Source: Carcharhinus longimanus
Taxonomy: Eukaryota
DNA length: 64,000 bases
NCBI GenBank assembly: GCA_030264375.1
Contig: JASCQW010000132.1
Coordinates: forward strand, 53,778,264-53,842,263
Direction of reading: 5' to 3'
The position numbers were made by a program, and so were the translations under genes. This document shows, piece after piece, positions 1-12,749 of the stretch (positions are counted from its first letter, which is position 1; each line of letters begins with the position of its first letter). The notes beneath the pieces were generated by a model that was given only the letters and a program-made list of their open reading frames with translations, searched no databases and was not told the origin of the DNA.

Positions 1-1086
1 AGTGTGCATTCATGTGTTTCCTGTGGTGACCTGTACACAGGAAGTAATATGCGGGTCACATGGGAATTCTCCCCAGCATGGCCATGCACTCAGCATGCCA
101 GAGTTGCTAAATAACTCTAAGTTAACAACTTTTGTTGTTAGTCATTTGTTGTAATTTCCATACAACCCAGCAATTTTACAGCAGCTAAGGTTTCAGGAAA
201 TGCAAGTCTTGGAAAGTTTGATGAACATGTCCAATTAAGCAAACCAGCCTACAAAATATTGATATTTTATAGCCCAAATAGTGTTTAAGTTTTAGTAGGT
301 GTTAAGAGGTGATTTTGTAGAAATGCTTATTCACTTCACAATCAATATTAATTTTGCCATATCATTCAAGTGAAATAGCATTCAAATTTAAGAAAATAAT
401 TGCTGGAAGTTTGTAACTAAATAATTTGCTGTTAGGTTAGTGATGTGTGTTGAGCTTGGATGTATTGCTACAAAATTATATTGTCAGGACAAATGCAACA
501 TCCAGTACTTGTCTGGTTAACTTATTTCTGAATTCGTGAATAGGATTTTTGGCATTGTTCCTATTGGATATGTTATTTTTCATGTCTAAATGAATATAGA
601 AGTGCCTTTTTTTTAAGAGACTTGCTTTGACATTTATTACTCCTTTCGCTATAGCGAAAATGTGTTATCAGAAATTCAACTAAATGGGCCAGACACCAGG
701 CTATGGGAACATAGAAAACAGGAGAAAATAACTTGAGAGGTGGCAGCCAAATTACTTCAAGCTTAGGTTTGAAAATGAACTAAGGGATCTAAAAGATTGG
801 AAGGAATTAGAAATTAAGAATAAAATATAACATTCAAAAGTGTGATTACAACATGACACCTAGGGGAAAGGAAGATTCTTTTAAAATAAAAACTCTGATT
901 GCAACTTCAGGACTATAGTGCATTGATTATCATTATAGCGTGCCTACATAGTTTGCAGTATGGTAAACCTATATTGAACCTAGGTTAGACCATGCTTAAA
1001 GTACCATGTACAGTTCTGATTGCCATTTTAAAAAATAAATAGAGAGGCATTGGATAGAGCATAGAGAAGATTCAGAAGGATAATAC

Positions 1087-2300
1087 CTTCTCAGTCGTCT
1101 TCTTTGGCAGTTCCTCAATATGAAAATGACTTGCTTCCACTCTGGTTTGATGAGTTCTAAGGTGGCTGATAAGTCTGTGTGGGATCTACAGACTTTGCCA
1201 TATATGAGGCAGGTGATGCTTCAAGGGTTGGGAAGATAGCCTCGACTTCATCTGTGCAGATTCCTGATGGAGACTGTTTCTTGAAAAACCTGCTCCTTTT
1301 CGGTCGGTCATAAGCTCCCATGAGTTGATGTGTATGTCCGACCTTTCCGTTGATTCTTTGAGGACATAATTAAAGTATTTTCACTGTCCTCCTGGAAGTT
1401 TTCTGCCGTGATTGAGTTCCAAGTAGTTGCTTTGGGAGTCTGTTGGCCGGTATATGAACAGTATGTCCCACCCAGCGGAATAAGTTTTGTGTGATTAGTG
1501 CCTCCATCCTGAGCAACTTGACTTGGGAGAGGACACTGCTGTTTGACCACCTTTTTTGCCACATGATTTTGAGGATCTTGCAAAGGCATCAATAGTGCTA
1601 ACTCTACATTGTTTTAAGATGCCTGCTGTAAATTGCCCAAATCTCCAAAGTACATAGGAGCACTGAGATCACTGCTGCCCGGTACACTCTGACCTCAGTG
1701 TCATGTTCGAGATCCTGGTTCTAAAATACTCTTTTTCTCAGACAGCTGAAGGCTGAACTGACATGTTGGAAGCAATGATAAATTTTGGTGACTATGTATG
1801 CCTTTGCAGAGAGGAGGATTCCATAATATGAAAACGGTCCATATTTTCCAGGATTCACCACTGATCTTAATCAATAGGGGGACTTTGGTGTGGAGAGAGG
1901 GGAAGGTCTTTGACTGTGGGAACTGTTTGAAAGATGATCTTAGTTTTCTGGATATGAAAGACACATTTTCTCCTATACTCCAGAGACTGAGTCAACAATG
2001 GCCTGAAGCTCAATTTCTGAGTGAGCGAACACATGACCATTATCCACATGCTAAAGCTCCAGTGACTGAGACTGCAGTGAATTTGGATTGTAGGCAATGT
2101 GGGTTGAACAGCTTCCCTCTGTTCTGCAGATTATCTCCATGCTTATAGGTAGTTTTCTGGAGATGAGGTGCAGTATTGCAGTGAGGAAAATGGAAAAGAA
2201 AGTTCATGCACTAACAAAGCCTTGTTTGACCCCAGTTTTCACTGAGATAGGAGTTATGGTGGTAATGTTGATGATGATCACTGTTCGCCGTATTTAGCAT
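1087..2300 (-). mobile_element. Decayed RTE-clade LINE 3' portion
   Basis: Minus-strand peptide MEALITQNLFRWVGHTVHIPANRLPKQLL resembles the RTE ORF2 C-terminus (LRWAGHVxRMxxxRLPKQLL). Frameshifted. Abuts a small CR1 fragment at ~965-1085. Confidence 0.75.
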
Positions 2301-2889
2301 CTATACCATCCAAGATAGGAGATGTGTAAGAAATATAGAATAGATTATCGGATATAAGATAGATATTTACTTGTTTAAACAAATAATGCTTTCGACTTGC
2401 ATTAGACTTCCCATCATAACATCACTGGGGAAGATTCCTTAGATATTTATTAATCACTGACATGCAACCATTTCCCATCGTTTGCACTTTAATTTTAATT
2501 GTTTTAATTGCAATCTTATACTATCAACCATTACTTTAATATATAAAGTGACTAACATAAAAACGTCTCAAAAATGGGTGGAAGGAAAATGGATGTCAAG
2601 TTAGAAAGGATTAGGTTAGCATTTCAGGTTGTATTATATTTTGGAAAATAAATACAATTAAGGTTTCATAGGCGAAATAAGCACCACTTGAATAGTTTCT
2701 AGTCGAGGAAGATTTCATAAGAAATAGTTTTGTGGCTTTGAAAACTGTTGAGCTTGTGGAACAATGTATAATGGCAGGACAAAATAAATGAATGAACTAT
2801 TGCCCTCTCCCATTCCTACATATCTGATCTGATCATGGGGAAATCGCACTAAAAATCTCTCAATTAAATAACTGCAAATGGGATCCTTA

Positions 2890-3193
2890 GGGGCAGCATG
2901 GTGGCACAGTGGTTAGCACTGCTGCATCACAGAGCCAGGGACCTGGATTTGATTCCTGGCTTAGGTCACTGTGTGGACTCTGTACGTTCTACCCACATCT
3001 GCACGGATTTCCTCTGGGTGCTCCAGTTTCCTCCCACAGTCCAAAAAGACGTGCTGGTTAGGTGCATTGGCCATGCTAAATTCTCCCTCAGTGTACCTGA
3101 ACAGGTGCCGGAGTGTGGTAATTAGGGGATTTTCACAGTAACTTCATTGCAGTGTTAATGTAAGCCTACTTATGACAATAAATAAATAAACTT
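2890..3193 (+). mobile_element. tRNA-derived V-SINE (HE1-like), alternative-tail type
   Basis: A box TGGCACAGTGG, B-box-like GATTTGATTCC, V-domain-like ...TTTCCTCTGGGTGCTCCAGTTTCCTCCCACAGTCCAAA, and a tail ending in AATAAATAAA. Confidence 0.85.
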
Positions 3194-5019
3194 TAAACTG
3201 TGAGGTGTAAAGATGGAAAGCCTCTCAACTGAACACTAATTATGTCTTTATGGAAGAATGTGTTTATCATGTTTGCAATGAAATATAGTGCAATGATGGA
3301 GTCTGTAAACATAATTGAACATGTCTTATTTCAAAATCCTCCTGAGAAAATACAAATATGTGATTCACCTCCCTGCAATTCTTTGCAGAGAATGCCTAAA
3401 AGCCTGCAGTTTGGAGGATTTCTACCTATCCTCGAAGAATTTTGTATTTCATTTATAAAAAAAAATGCATGCACATGAAGTGAGTCATTTTCTGAGTTAA
3501 GCTGTTGGTAATTGATGCATTAGCACTTCTAAGGTTTGATTCTTCTTTCTGTTCATTCTTTTTCTGGCTATTTAATTATGTTTATGCTGCAAGTGTGCTA
3601 AGGTCTGATATAATGAAGGAAGTCAAAAATAATTTGAGTCATGTGTCCAACTTTAGACCTTTTTAAAAAGCAGTAATTTGATGTCAGCCTTTAGCAGTAA
3701 CTGAGTTGGTTGTCACAGCAACTTCATAAAAAGAAATCAATGGAAGTATAAATTGCACTGATGCTGTATTAAATTTGCAACTTGCTGTTTGACATCTTGC
3801 TTTAGAAATAGCAATGTTAGCAATATTAGGAGGAAGCGGATCAATCAAATTGATTTAGTTTTAGCCGTGAACAGAAATATTTTAACAGATTGTTGTAGGT
3901 AAATTTGAGACATCAAATTGCTTTTAATGATTTTAGTTTGCACTAACAGCTTCTTTAAACAGGTAAATTTAACATGTGCTATTTGCAATATTTTATCACA
4001 ACACTAAGTGTAACTAACTGCTGCAAAAATTTGTTCTGATAGCTATCTATTCTAACCTATTTTAATTCATCCTTGAAGTTGGTTAATGAGGAGAAGGAGC
4101 GGCAGCACGTTCTGCAGAGATTAATCATTAAATATTGAATTCTTACACGGATTGGACCTAATTATTATACAAGCTCTAGATACAAAAATTGATCTATGGA
4201 TTTTCATTAATAATTATTGTTTTATCCTGTGAATACACATATGTTTTATTTTCCAGGTGTTATTAATTAGTTATTTTTTAAAAAATGTCATCGTGTGAAT
4301 TGTTATGACAAGTCACAGCAGCCACAAACATTGGTGTCAGAATTTGCTGGCAATGTAATGGCTATAAAGGCACATGCCATTATTAATGTATAAAAGTGCA
4401 GTATTTAATGGTGAGGAAGCGATACACCCTGATTCACCCAATTTCTCCTGTTGATTTTTCTCTATCAATAACTTAACTCCAAGAGATCGATTAATTATCC
4501 CATCGTTTGCCAAGTTTTTAGGTGATCCATTGATCTCACTGCTAAAGCATCATTAAAGACATGGAAATGTAATATCATGGGCTTTTGATAGAACTCCATG
4601 GGCCTGTCTTCATGAGCTTTTTCGTCAGATCTCTGCATTTGTCATAAGACTCAGCCAAGGACATCCAATTCAAATAAACTAACAATAAACAGAACAAAAG
4701 GCAGTTTCCCATTTTTAGGTATTTTCTGACAAGTCTGATCTCAAACAGTTTTTAATTATGGTTCAAACTGCTCCTGATATCAAATGTAGAATTGATATTT
4801 GTGCTAGAATCTCACTCTTTGCCTACCCTTTGCCAATTTGAACATCCAGATTGAGTGTAAAGTGATTCTCAGCAGAGAAAAATATTCTCAACTCTTGTGC
4901 TTAGAAAATACCTGATCTCTAGTTTCAAAAAAGTCTGTAGTCTGCTAGTCCATAGTGTATCAGGCAACATATTTATGGAATGTGTTTGAATGGAATGGAA
5001 ATCTGTGGAAAGTTTAAGG

Positions 5020-6065
5020 TTTCAGTTTATTTATTAGGGTCACAAGTAGGCTTACATTAACACTGCAAATGAAATGACTGTGACAATCCCATTGTCACCA
5101 CACTACAGTGCCTGTTAGGGTACACTGAGGGAGGATTTAGCATGGCACCTAACCAGCACGTCTTTCAGACTGTGGGAGAAAACCAGAGGAAGTGCAGTTG
5201 ATGTAGTTTATATGGATTTTAGCAAAACTTTTGACAAGGTTGAGAAGATTGAAGCACATGGAATTAAGGGAAACTTGGCGCAATGACTCAGTAATAGGAC
5301 ACAGAAGAGTGGTAGCAGAAGATTGTTTGAGTGACTGGAGGCCAGTGTCCAGTGGCATACTGGGGCCCTTATCGTTTGTTATATACATAATTCAGCATTG
5401 GGACTGTTATCGTTTGCTGTATACACAAATGTTATTGATGATAATGTGAGGGAATGATAAGTAAGTTTGCAGATATCACTAAGATTGGTGGACTGGTTAA
5501 TAGTGAAGAAGATTAAAGGTTACAGGAGGATATGGATGGGTTGATCAGGTGGGCAAAGCAGTGGCAGATGGTCTTTAACCCTGACAAGTGTGAGGTTATG
5601 CACTTTGGAAGAAGTAACAAGATAAGGGAGTATTTAGTGAATGGCAGGGAGCCTGAGTTGGTTGTAATGGGACATGATTGAGTTGTATAAGATTATGTGG
5701 GGTATAGACAGGATGAATAGGAGGCAGCTGTTCCCATTGATTGAGGGGTCAATCACGAGATGACATCGGGTGAGGGATAGAAGGTATCAGAAGGGATAAA
5801 AAGTAATCACTGAGGGCAGTCAAAATCTGGGATGCACTGCCTTATAACCTTTAAAAATGTATTTGAAATATCATGACATTCAGGGATAGAGTTAAAATTT
5901 ATTTATTAGTCACAAGTAGATTTACATTGACACTGCAATGAAGTTACTGTGAAAATCTAGGGGATAAGTGTTGGAAAATGAGATTACTGTGACTTTGGTG
6001 GTAGTTATTGTAAGTGCAGACTCAGGGGGCTAAAGGGCCTTTTCTACACTGTATGGCTCTGATTC
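5020..6065. mobile_element. SINE 3' half (-, ~5020-5185) followed by a decayed CR1 LINE 3' region (+, ~5186-6065)
   Basis: Reverse complement of the tail at 3125-3193, then CR1 RT-like GTTGATGTAGTTTATATGGATTTTAGCAAAACTTTTGACAAGG (VDVVYMDFSKTFDK) and a CR1 3' end AAAGGGCCTTTTCTACACTGTATG. Confidence 0.75.
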
Positions 6066-7049
6066 TCGATGAATGACTGTACCAAACAGTTGTTGAAATT
6101 GGCAAATGGGAGATGCATGTTTACATCACATCTATATCTGCTCTAGTTATGACTGACTATTATGGGAATTCACATCATGGTTCTGAACTGAAGAGAGTTC
6201 AAACCAATCACTGTTTTCTAGCTGGAAACCTTGTATTATTGCACAGCCGAACATCAGACGAAAAGAATATCCTTTGATCCGCTTGTTGCTTAATAAGCAA
6301 AATAGAAAGTGTTTTAAGAATGTAAATCCAAATTAAAGTGCCACTAATGAGATGTTTAGCCCTTTATTGATATAATCATTTCAGCCATGCAAATGATAGT
6401 AAAAATAATGTCTAAGATATTTTGTTTGATCTCTAAGGAAACTGCAGAATAAATTAAAGAAGTTAAGAAATTTGTATCCATTGCTTCAATAAAATTTAAC
6501 CAGTTTTCTTCTGTTTACCAGTTGAAATTAAAGTTTTTAATTTTGAAAATATACTGACTTCCTTCTCTTCTCTCATCTCCCCAAAAAATAGAATCGTTGG
6601 ATTTTAAAGGTCTTCCAAATCCATATTTATTATTTTTGCCTGATTTGTTATCCATTGGACTTGCCAATTTGAGATTTCTGCAACATTTATAAGTCACAGT
6701 TGAAAGAATAGCAAGGCTCTGGATAGTCACATTTCTCTTGCTTCACTCTTGTATGCTTACACGTTTAAGGATATTCAAAACTATTCCCTTTAATAGTCTT
6801 GTGTTTTGTGCTCAATTTGCAATCAGAAAACTGCTCAGTTTCTTCCTATTGACAATTCCTCATGTTGAGGAAGTTCTTCACTGTGGGTGGCTGGGTGCAA
6901 GTGAGACATCAGTGTTGAGTTGACTTGTGAGCCCAACAGTAGTCTTGCAGATTTCCTCATCATAGGGGCATCAAATGCCAGCTGATAGAGGTGGCGGTGG
7001 ACTGTTGGCGTGAATAGATGCGCTCTCCTTCCATCCCTCTAGCCCTTAA

Positions 7050-8600
7050 TATTAGAATGTTGGAAATAGGATCAGGACGAGTCCTTTCAGTCTTTACAGC
7101 CTGTTCTGCAATTCAATTTGACCACAGCTGATCTGATCATGGCCTCAACTCAATTTTCCTACCAGTTCCCTATAACTCTCTCATAGATTAAGAATCAAAT
7201 TCAATCTTGAAAATATTCAATGACTTGGACTGCACACTTCCAAAGATTAATGACTCTATGAGAAGAAATTCTTCCTCGCCTCCATTTTCAATTAGTCCCT
7301 GGGAAGCATTCCATCAGGGCCAGGAGACTTGTCTACCTTTAGCCCCATTAGTTTGCCCAAAACTACTACTATAGTGATAATGATTGTTTTTAAGTCTTCA
7401 CCTGCCTTAGCCTTCTTATCGTCAATTTTTGGTACATTATTTGTGCCTTCCACTGACACAAAATACCTGTTCAATGCCTCGACCATTTCCTCATTTTTCG
7501 TTATTACATCCCCTTCTCATCCTCTAAAGGATCAATGTTTACCTTAGCCATTCTTTTTCGTTTTATATATTTGTAGAAACTTTTGCTCTCTGTTTTTATG
7601 TTCTGAACTAGTTTACTTTCATAATCCATCTTACTTTACAGCTTTTTCTCCTGGCTTTCTGTTGACCTTTAAACATTTCCCAATCCTTTAGTTCCCCACG
7701 AATCTTCGTCACTTTGTGTGCATTTTCTTTCAATTTGATATCCTTCTTTATTTCCTTAGATATCCACGGTTGATTATCCTTTTTTCTACAGTCCTTCCTT
7801 ATTACTGGTATATACTTTTGCTGAGCACTGTGGAAAATTACTTTGAAAGTCCTCCACTGTTCCTCAATTATTCCACCATAAAGCTTTTGCTCCCAGTCTA
7901 CCTTAGCCAACTCCTCCCATATCCCTTTGTAGTCTCCTTTGTTTNNNACAAGACACTGGTATTGGATTTTACCTTCTCACGCTCCATCTGTATTTTAAAT
8001 TCAACCATACTGTGATCGCTCCTTACGAGAGGATCCCAACTGTGAGATCATTAATTATTCCTGTCTCGTTACACAGGACCACATCTAAGATAGCTTGCTC
8101 CTCACAGATTCCATCACACACTGTTCAAGGAAACTATCGTGGATACACAGTGTGAACTCCTCCTCAAGGCTGCCTCGACCGTTTGTTCAGTCAATATGTA
8201 GATTAAAATCACCCATGATAATTTCTGTACCAGTTTTACATGCATCAGTTACTTCTTTGTTTACTTCTTGCCCCACCATGATGTTACTTGGTGGCCTATA
8301 GACTACGCCTATCAGTGACCTTTTCCCCTTACTATTTCTAATTTCCAACCAGTGAATTCAACCATTTTTTCATAGAACCTATATCATTTCTCACTACCAC
8401 CTGATTTCATCCATAAGTATCAGACCTACCTTGTCTTTCTGTCTGTCCTTCTGAATAGTGTGATACCCGTGGATATTTAATTCCCAGTCGTGACCGTCCT
8501 GCAACCATGTTTAGTATGATTCATTAAACCATACTCGTTCACGATGATTTGCATCATCAACTCATTTACCTTGTTTCGAATGTTATTTTGGTAAAGTGCC
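7050..8600 (-). mobile_element. CR1 LINE fragments (3' end plus ORF2 endonuclease/tether region)
   Basis: Minus-strand peptides ALNRYFVSV...LMGLKVDKSPGPDGMLPR and VDWEQKL...QPWISKEIK are typical of CR1 ORF2. Confidence 0.8.
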
Positions 8601-8774
8601 TTTATGCTAGTTTATACCTTCCTGTCCCCACTGTAGCTTTTCCTATGGGTTTCACTGTCTGGGCTACTGGTGGACAAGGAGGCTTACCAGCATTTACAGT
8701 CTCCATAGAACCATCAGAGGCCCCTCTAAGGCCTCCTTCCTCCCACCCATCCAGCCTGTTCCTCCCACCCCATC

Positions 8775-9370
8775 CTTTTTTATTCATTCATGGAACATGG
8801 GCATTGCTGGCTGGGTCAGCATTTATTGCCAAACTCTAGTTGTCCTTGAGAAGGTGATGGTGAGTTGCCTTTTTGAAACGCTGCAGCCCATATGCTGTGG
8901 GTTGACCTTCAATGTTATTCGGGAAGGAATTCCAGAATGTTGACCTAGCGACTGCGAAGGAACAGCGATATATTTCCAAGTCAGGATAGTGAGTGGCTTG
9001 GAGGGGAACTTGCAGGTGTTCTCATGTTTCTGCTACCCTTGTCCTTTTGGATGGAAGTGGTTGTAGGTTTGGAAGGTGCTGCCTAAGGATCTTTGGTGAA
9101 TTGCAGTGCATCTTATAGATAGTATACACTGCTGCTTCTGGGTGTCGGTGGTGGAGGGAGTGCATGTTTATAGATGTGGCACAAATTAAGCGGGCTGCTT
9201 TGTCCTGGATGGTGTCAAGCTTCTTGAGTGTTGGAGTTGCACCCATCCAGGGAAGTGGGGAGTATTTCATCATGCTCTGACTTGTGTCTTGTAGTTGGTG
9301 ACAGGCTTTGGGGAGTCAGGCAGTGAGTTCCTCGCTGCAGTATTCCTGACCTCTGATCCGCTCTTGTAAT
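8775..9370 (-). mobile_element. L2/CR1-group LINE 3' end (tail shared with Deu-type SINEs)
   Basis: Peptide KKLDTIQDKAARLI...HSLHHR. The tail GGCAATAAATGCTG...CCATGAATGAATAAAA is also seen at 31250-31318 and 57590-57655. Confidence 0.7.
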
Positions 9371-9978
9371 TTCATACTCCCTGACAGAGCATGCCAGCCC
9401 ACAACTAGCAACACCACTCCATTTCACTTTGTGTCCCACTTCAGAGTCAATCACCGTTCTATCTGGATGCGCTTCCAGCAGTAACCAGTACTCCCAAAGA
9501 GCTACTGCTGTTTTGATTGGCTAGCAGCAATCAGAATTGTGACTTGCTCATCAGAAGGGAAATACGTTTCAATTCCAGCCACTTAACAGCTCTCTAACTG
9601 TTAAATTTCTGCAGGACAAACTGCCAGAGCTCACCAAGCCCCACCCACACCCACCTTAATATGGGAGAGGAGGGAGGGATGGTACACAGTGGGGGTTCAA
9701 GACACTGGTCAAGTATAAAATTACAGCTATGGAGTTGTACATTTTTAAATTAGTAAACGTGCCTCTTCCAGAGGGTTACACAAGCGGAACACACCCAAGC
9801 TAAACCCAGAAGTCAGAGTTGAGACATGCTGCCCAAACCCACCTGCATGGGTTTCTGGAATGTATTACCGGGCTTAGCGATTAGAGCAGAGTTCATACGA
9901 ATGTATAAGAAACTATTAGATAGATGGTTTGGCATTATGGTTACTTTTGATTTGGAGGACTACTACTAACAAATTGGC

Positions 9979-10730
9979 TGTGCTAAATAATGTGTTTGAC
10001 ATTAATGGATTAAAGTTTCCATATCAGTTTATTTTGTGAACGGTAACTTGTGTGAATCGTGTCTACACTTTTCTGACTTGCTCCAGGCCACAAGTCTCTC
10101 TGCTGGAAGCTCAAGTTTGGAAAACCAAACCCATTATAGTACTGGAAGTGGGAATTCCTGCTAATCAAGTGCAGATTGTTTTGCAGTGACTGGTCTCATC
10201 GGAATATAGGCACTGACTGTAATTGTTGATGCTGATCTTCTGTCTGCACAAAACCTGATCATAATACTTAATGTTGTTAAGTTCTGAGTAATTGTAGCCA
10301 CTTGGGAGCAATTTCAAGAGTATAATGTAACCTGAATGAGAGGATTTGTTGAAAAATATATAATGTTTCAGGGCTAAAGTTCATAAACTGGGAAGAACTG
10401 AAGGATATGAATTCAACAAAAATATGTTTTTAGATAGCACCTTTATGATCAGGTTTTTTGCAGACAGCAGTAACCAGTATAAACAATTACAGTCAGTGCC
10501 TATATTCTGATGAGACCAGTCATTGCAAAACAGTCTGCACTTGATTAGCAGGAATTCCCCTTCCAGCATTATAATGGGGTTGGGTTTTCCAAACCTGAGC
10601 TTCCAGCAGAGAGACTTGTGGCCTGGAGCAAGTTAGGAAAGTGCAGGCACGATTCACACAATTTCCCATTTATAAAGTGAACTGATATGGCAACTTTAAT
10701 CCACCAATGTTGAAACACATTATTTGCACA
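9979..10730. repeat. Long-armed inverted repeat (arms ~9979-10264 and ~10443-10730; ~180-bp spacer)
   Basis: Direct reverse-complement alignment, e.g. ACTTGCTCCAGGCCACAAGTCTCTCTGCTGGAAGCTCA vs TGAGCTTCCAGCAGAGAGACTTGTGGCCTGGAGCAAGT. Roughly 85% identity by eye. Confidence 0.95.
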
Positions 10731-10734
10731 TCCC

Positions 10735-11135
10735 GTAGCACTTCACAGGAATGTTATCAAACAACTATTCACAGAGTGCGTTATATTGTATCAGGGTAAA
10801 AGCTTAATCAAAATTGCAAGTTTTAAGGAGCCAACTAAAGGAGAAAAGAGAGGTAGAGAGGTTTAGGGAGAGAATTTCAGAGCTTCAGGCTTTGACAACT
10901 GAAGGCATAAGCCCTAAATGGTGGAATAATTGAAATCTGGCATCCCTACACAGTCAGAATTGGAGGAACACAGAAACCTCTGGGGTTTGGAGGGTTGACA
11001 AAGATTACAAATATAAGAGATTGGTGAGGTCAAAAGGGGTTTTAGAAACAAGGATAAAAACCCTGAAGTGGAGGCATTGCGTCACTACCGGTCAATGTAA
11101 GTCAGGGGTGACGAGTGATTGGTACTTGGACTAGT
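10735..11135 (-). mobile_element. Old L2-type LINE 3' fragment
   Basis: Contains TTTTAAGGAG...GAGAGGTTTAGGGAGAGAATTTCAGAGC...CAACTGAAGGCA, a pattern typical of the antisense of L2 3' ends. Confidence 0.5.
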
Positions 11136-12564
11136 AACAGGAGATTAGAGGAACATTCCTTGTCAGTCAACAAGCATTATATTGTAAACTGGTTATAAAC
11201 AACTTTAGCCGATTGTGCATTCAGGTGTCAAAAGCAATTTGCTTGCGTGATTCACAAGATGCTTTGTTTTTTGACAGTGGATTTTAAGGGGTGTAAAAAT
11301 AAGGTGACGTGACAGATGTGCATCATTTGGAAAAACGAGCTCCATATCAAAGATTTCAACTGGGGAAGATTCCACCATACTAGGCATATTAAACATTAAA
11401 AGACCTCAAACTGGTTCACTCAATCTGCTGTGAATGTACGTTCCAAGAAAGTGACAATGCCATGGCTGAAGTTGCGATTTCCACACTGTAACTTTTCTCC
11501 TGAACTTCCATGAACATTGAAGTATTGTAGACCGGTGAGTGCAGAAGCTGAAAATGCCCAGGTCTACATGAAAGTGAAAACACTTTCAATGCACTCACTA
11601 TGAAAAGGTCAGAGTTTTCTGTGGAAAGCACGTGGGCAATAAGACTTCATGACCAGCAAATGCACTCTCAATTCAGATGATAACCACAGTGATCTCAATA
11701 TGTGATTCAATGATCATCATACAAAAAGAAACTGTGATGCCCTTTCTCTGCAGTCCTCCATGCTGCCCATAACTTAAGAACAAGGTGAACCACTGTGGGT
11801 GTGGTTCTTAGGAATCAAATGTCTGCTAACCTTTCTGGGAAAAGTTTTAACATCAGAGGACAGCTTCTGGCTGGTCACTTGTGGAACAGTTTGCTGTTAA
11901 ACTTTGGCACAATGAAAAATGTGTAATATTTTAAATGTTACTCTGGAAGATATAATACTGGAACTCCCAAATTAGTTTTGTACAATGCTTAACATGCCCC
12001 AAAAGATGTGTGCAAAAGTAAAGGGTGCCTTTGTTTTCCTTCTCATACAGTTAATCTCATCCTCAATATCAACCAGTAATGAAGATCCTCCATAAATACA
12101 TTGATTGGGGTGGCAACCTCCACGTCAAGCAGTTAGCTGAAGGAGTTCATTTAGCATGAAATATTTCCCCTCTACTTTGAATCAACAGTAACCTTTCAGC
12201 ATAACCAAGAGCAGTTTTGCCCAAAGATTTGCACTGTGCTATTGTAAAAATTGGTTCACTATTCTGCCATGACCAGAACTTCTTCATTTAAAGCCATGTC
12301 ATATGCTGAATTAAAGATTTATGTTTTGTAAACTCAATTTTGCTGAAATATTTTATATATTTATTAGTCAGAGATCGATGCTATTAGACTTCAATTATTT
12401 CATTACTTCTGCTGTTGTGTATTTAGTAGTGGCAGACAATATAATCCTTATGGTTATCTGTATCTTTAATTACAGTTTCTAATTTAATCTCATCCAATTT
12501 TGTGATGTTTCTACTTTCCATTTCAATGTTGGAACTGCCACTATCGTTTGATATTAATCTGCAG

Positions 12565-12749
12565 GTAGTAATCAGCACAGTTCAATCAATGGTGATACCT
12601 CTGTCACAACTGGCAGCCTCCTAGATGACCATCACTGGCACTCGGTGATCATTGAGCGCTATGGACGCAATATCAATTTTACACTGGACCGAGAGACGCA
12701 GCATTTCAGAACTAATGGAGAATTTGACCACTTGGATCTAGACTATGAG
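12565..12749 (+). CDS. CNTNAP2: Contactin-associated protein-like 2 internal exon (laminin G domain 1; equivalent of human exon 6)
   Basis: Acceptor ctgcAG ends at 12564 and donor GTAATG starts at 12750. 185 bp, phase 1 to 0. Encodes (G)[61 protein letters not shown], closely matching recalled vertebrate CNTNAP2 ([12 protein letters not shown]...[15 protein letters not shown]). Confidence 0.93.

Noticed and set aside
2890-2965. tRNA-like A/B boxes (also at 20084, 28780, 32780, 37501, 45550)
   Set aside because: These are SINE heads followed by a V domain and LINE-like tail; there is no complete cloverleaf.
4243-4262. Strong acceptor-like TTTTATTTTCCAG|GTGTTA
   Set aside because: Followed by stop-rich AT sequence and only a poor donor; no exon can be supported.
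10505-10535. CTGATGAG...AAAAC inside the inverted repeat as a hammerhead core
   Set aside because: No GAAA box and no convincing stem II; the partner arm does not conserve CTGATGA.
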